Positions 26,673 to 28,216 of a stretch of 28,216 nt of DNA are shown here, piece after piece (the first letter of the stretch is position 1; each line of letters starts with the position of its first letter). Under the pieces are notes generated by a model. The model saw nothing but the letters and a program-made list of their open reading frames with translations, was not told where the DNA came from and made no database searches. Origin of the DNA: Acidimicrobiia bacterium (GTDB lineage Bacteria > Actinomycetota > Acidimicrobiia > Spongiisociales > ZC4RG35); contig JAICND010000001.1 in assembly GCA_025929005.1 (NCBI GenBank), positions 1-28,216 on the forward strand, read 5' to 3'. The position numbers were made by a program, and so were the translations under genes.

Positions 26673-27141
26673 GGGTAGGCACCTCCAACGCCCTGCGCAG
26701 CTTGGAAAGGCCCCGATCCCGGTGACGTCGAATCGTGGAGCGATCGACACCGAGCAGATCGGCTGCTTCTCGTTCGCTCCACCCCAACAGGTAGACAAGG
26801 ACGACTGCGGTTCGCTGCGCCGTCGAAAGAGAGTTCAACGCTGCGGGCAGACCTGGCTCCACGTCAGGCAATCCTCCAACCAACGCCACCGGGAACAGCG
26901 GTCCGGACCTGCGATAACGTCGCGCTCTTGACTGGCCGACCCGATACAAATAGCCACCAGGGTTGTCCATGCCCCGCAGCTTGCTCCAATGTTCCCAGGC
27001 GTGGGCCATCGCGTCCGCAGTTGATTCCCTCCCTACCTCGACCCCGTAAGCGGCTGCCAGCGCATAGGACAGACGTGGCTCCATTTCCTTGAAGAAGGCG
27101 GTGAACTCGTGGTCGACATCGGGCGGCGTGACCGGACTCAT
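26665..27141 (-). CDS. ECF (SigE-like) RNA polymerase sigma factor
   Basis: FTAFFKEMEPRLSYAL...WEHWSKLRGMDNPGGYLY; LNSLSTAQRTAVVL...SEREAADLLGVDRSTIRRHRDRGLSKLR. Paralog of 23933-24400. Confidence 0.9.
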   Translation of the reverse strand: MSPVTPPDVDHEFTAFFKEMEPRLSYALAAAYGVEVGRESTADAMAHAWEHWSKLRGMDNPGGYLYRVGQSRARRYRRSGPLFPVALVGGLPDVEPGLPAALNSLSTAQRTAVVLVYLLGWSEREAADLLGVDRSTIRRHRDRGLSKLRRALEVPTHA

Positions 27142-27293
27142 CGTTCTCACCCAAGTAGACCATCAAAGAGCCCAAGTGGGTGACAGGGGATCAACAGAAA
27201 CCTCGGCATCGCCCCCACATGAGCCGGGTTGCGGCCACCCTTCCCTCACTTACTGTGACAACTAACGTTCCGCCCGGGCTGCCTGGAGATGAG

Positions 27294-27677
27294 ATGACGG
27301 TCTTGCGTAGGGCATTTGCGGTGTTGGCTTGGGCATACCTGGCGGCGGTAGTCGTCCAGATTTTCCTTGCCGGACTAGGTCTACCCCAACTGGGCGGCCA
27401 AGGAATGGAAATGCACACGGAGTTCGGCTACATCGCCGTCCACATGACTCCCATCCTCCTTATCATCTTGGCCGCAATCAGCCGTGCCGGGAAGGCTGTG
27501 ATCTGGTGGGCCGTGGCCACTGCAGTGGTCGCCTTCATGCAGCCGATCTGGGTCACCTCGTTTCGGGGCGAGGTTCTCGCCTCCATCCACGTCCTGGGAG
27601 CGCTGGTATTGCTGGCGTTGAGCTTTCAGGTTGCCCGCCTTGCCACCGTCAGGCTGCGAGTCGAGGCGGCGACCTGA
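27294..27677 (+). CDS. DUF6220-like four-helix membrane protein
   Basis: VVVQIFLAG...H..FG...Q..W...LASIHVLGAL pattern; ATG 27294 preceded by GGAG. Confidence 0.72.
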   Translation: MTVLRRAFAVLAWAYLAAVVVQIFLAGLGLPQLGGQGMEMHTEFGYIAVHMTPILLIILAAISRAGKAVIWWAVATAVVAFMQPIWVTSFRGEVLASIHVLGALVLLALSFQVARLATVRLRVEAAT

Positions 27678-27937
27678 GTCGTCCGAGCGACGATTCTCAG
27701 CCACGAACCTACTGATCAGCCCCAGCGCGTGTGTCGACTGGTCGGTTGACCTCTTCGCTCAAAGTCTTATCTCGTCGTGCCAGGATCCGAAGAGACGTTC
27801 TCGCCGCTCGTTCCGCCGGACCAAGTTCAACACTGCTGCGGAATCGGGATCACGTAGGATCGATCTGGAGCAGAGGTGACGAAATCGACGGGAGCGATGC
27901 TTGGCATTCTGCTGAGGAGGTCCGTTCAGGCCCGACC

Positions 27938-28216
27938 GTGTTCATCTCTTATCGCAAAGAGGACACCAGCGATCTCGCAACAGAACTCTCGGCTCGGCTA
28001 CGTGAAGACCTGGGAAGCAACAATGTCCTCCGAGATCAGGACGACTTGATTGTCGGTGACCGCTGGCAAGAAACGCTCATTGAGTGGATGGCGGAATCAG
28101 ATGCGGCGGTCTTTCTAGTCGGCGCCAATTGGACCGGCCAACGTGAGGACGGTACAAGCCGAATACACGAGGACGACGATCCCGTCCGCCACGAGGTTCG
28201 GCAAGCCCTACGTCTC
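27938..28216 (+). CDS. TIR-domain protein (partial, runs off the right edge; start uncertain)
   Basis: Not in the ORF track. VFISYRKEDT...LREDLG.NNVLRDQDDL..GDRW...L...SDAAVFLVG.NW...RIHEDDDPVRHEVRQAL. The frame is open from 27716. Confidence 0.85.
   Translation, partial: MFISYRKEDTSDLATELSARLREDLGSNNVLRDQDDLIVGDRWQETLIEWMAESDAAVFLVGANWTGQREDGTSRIHEDDDPVRHEVRQALRL

Noticed and set aside
1-28216. rRNA, tRNA, tmRNA, integrase or phage genes
   Set aside because: No cloverleaf, conserved rRNA/tmRNA segments or recombinase motifs were seen on either strand by manual reading.

Overview
GC-rich bacterial DNA that looks like an accessory region of an actinobacterial genome, probably Acidimicrobiia-like (inference from gene content). 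From left to right: a partial DHFR/RibD-like gene, a large NAD-glutamate dehydrogenase (gdhB) and a small Cys-motif protein. Next comes an OmpR two-component system flanked by a tandem-PepSY protein and a divergent acidic lipoprotein; the PepSY gene, the regulator operon and the lipoprotein gene each have a TCAG-N7-TCAG box upstream. Then follow a kinase-less membrane sensor-like protein, a small membrane protein with three FSPExVRxRN repeats downstream of a 1005-aa AAA-ATPase/LuxR regulator, DUF6544-like and SRPBCC genes, arsM with a clear promoter and operator but no arsR in the window, an EamA transporter and an atypical Zn-dependent dehydrogenase. A frameshifted histidine-kinase fossil is fused to an internally deleted IS481 fossil whose C-terminal coding region is split by an intact NTF2/SnoaL gene. 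The right part holds two ECF sigma + membrane-partner modules with homologous partners, a tandem SnoaL pair, a DUF6220-like gene and a TIR-domain gene cut by the window edge. No rRNA, tRNA or CRISPR array was seen. All family calls come from motif recognition; no database searches were run.
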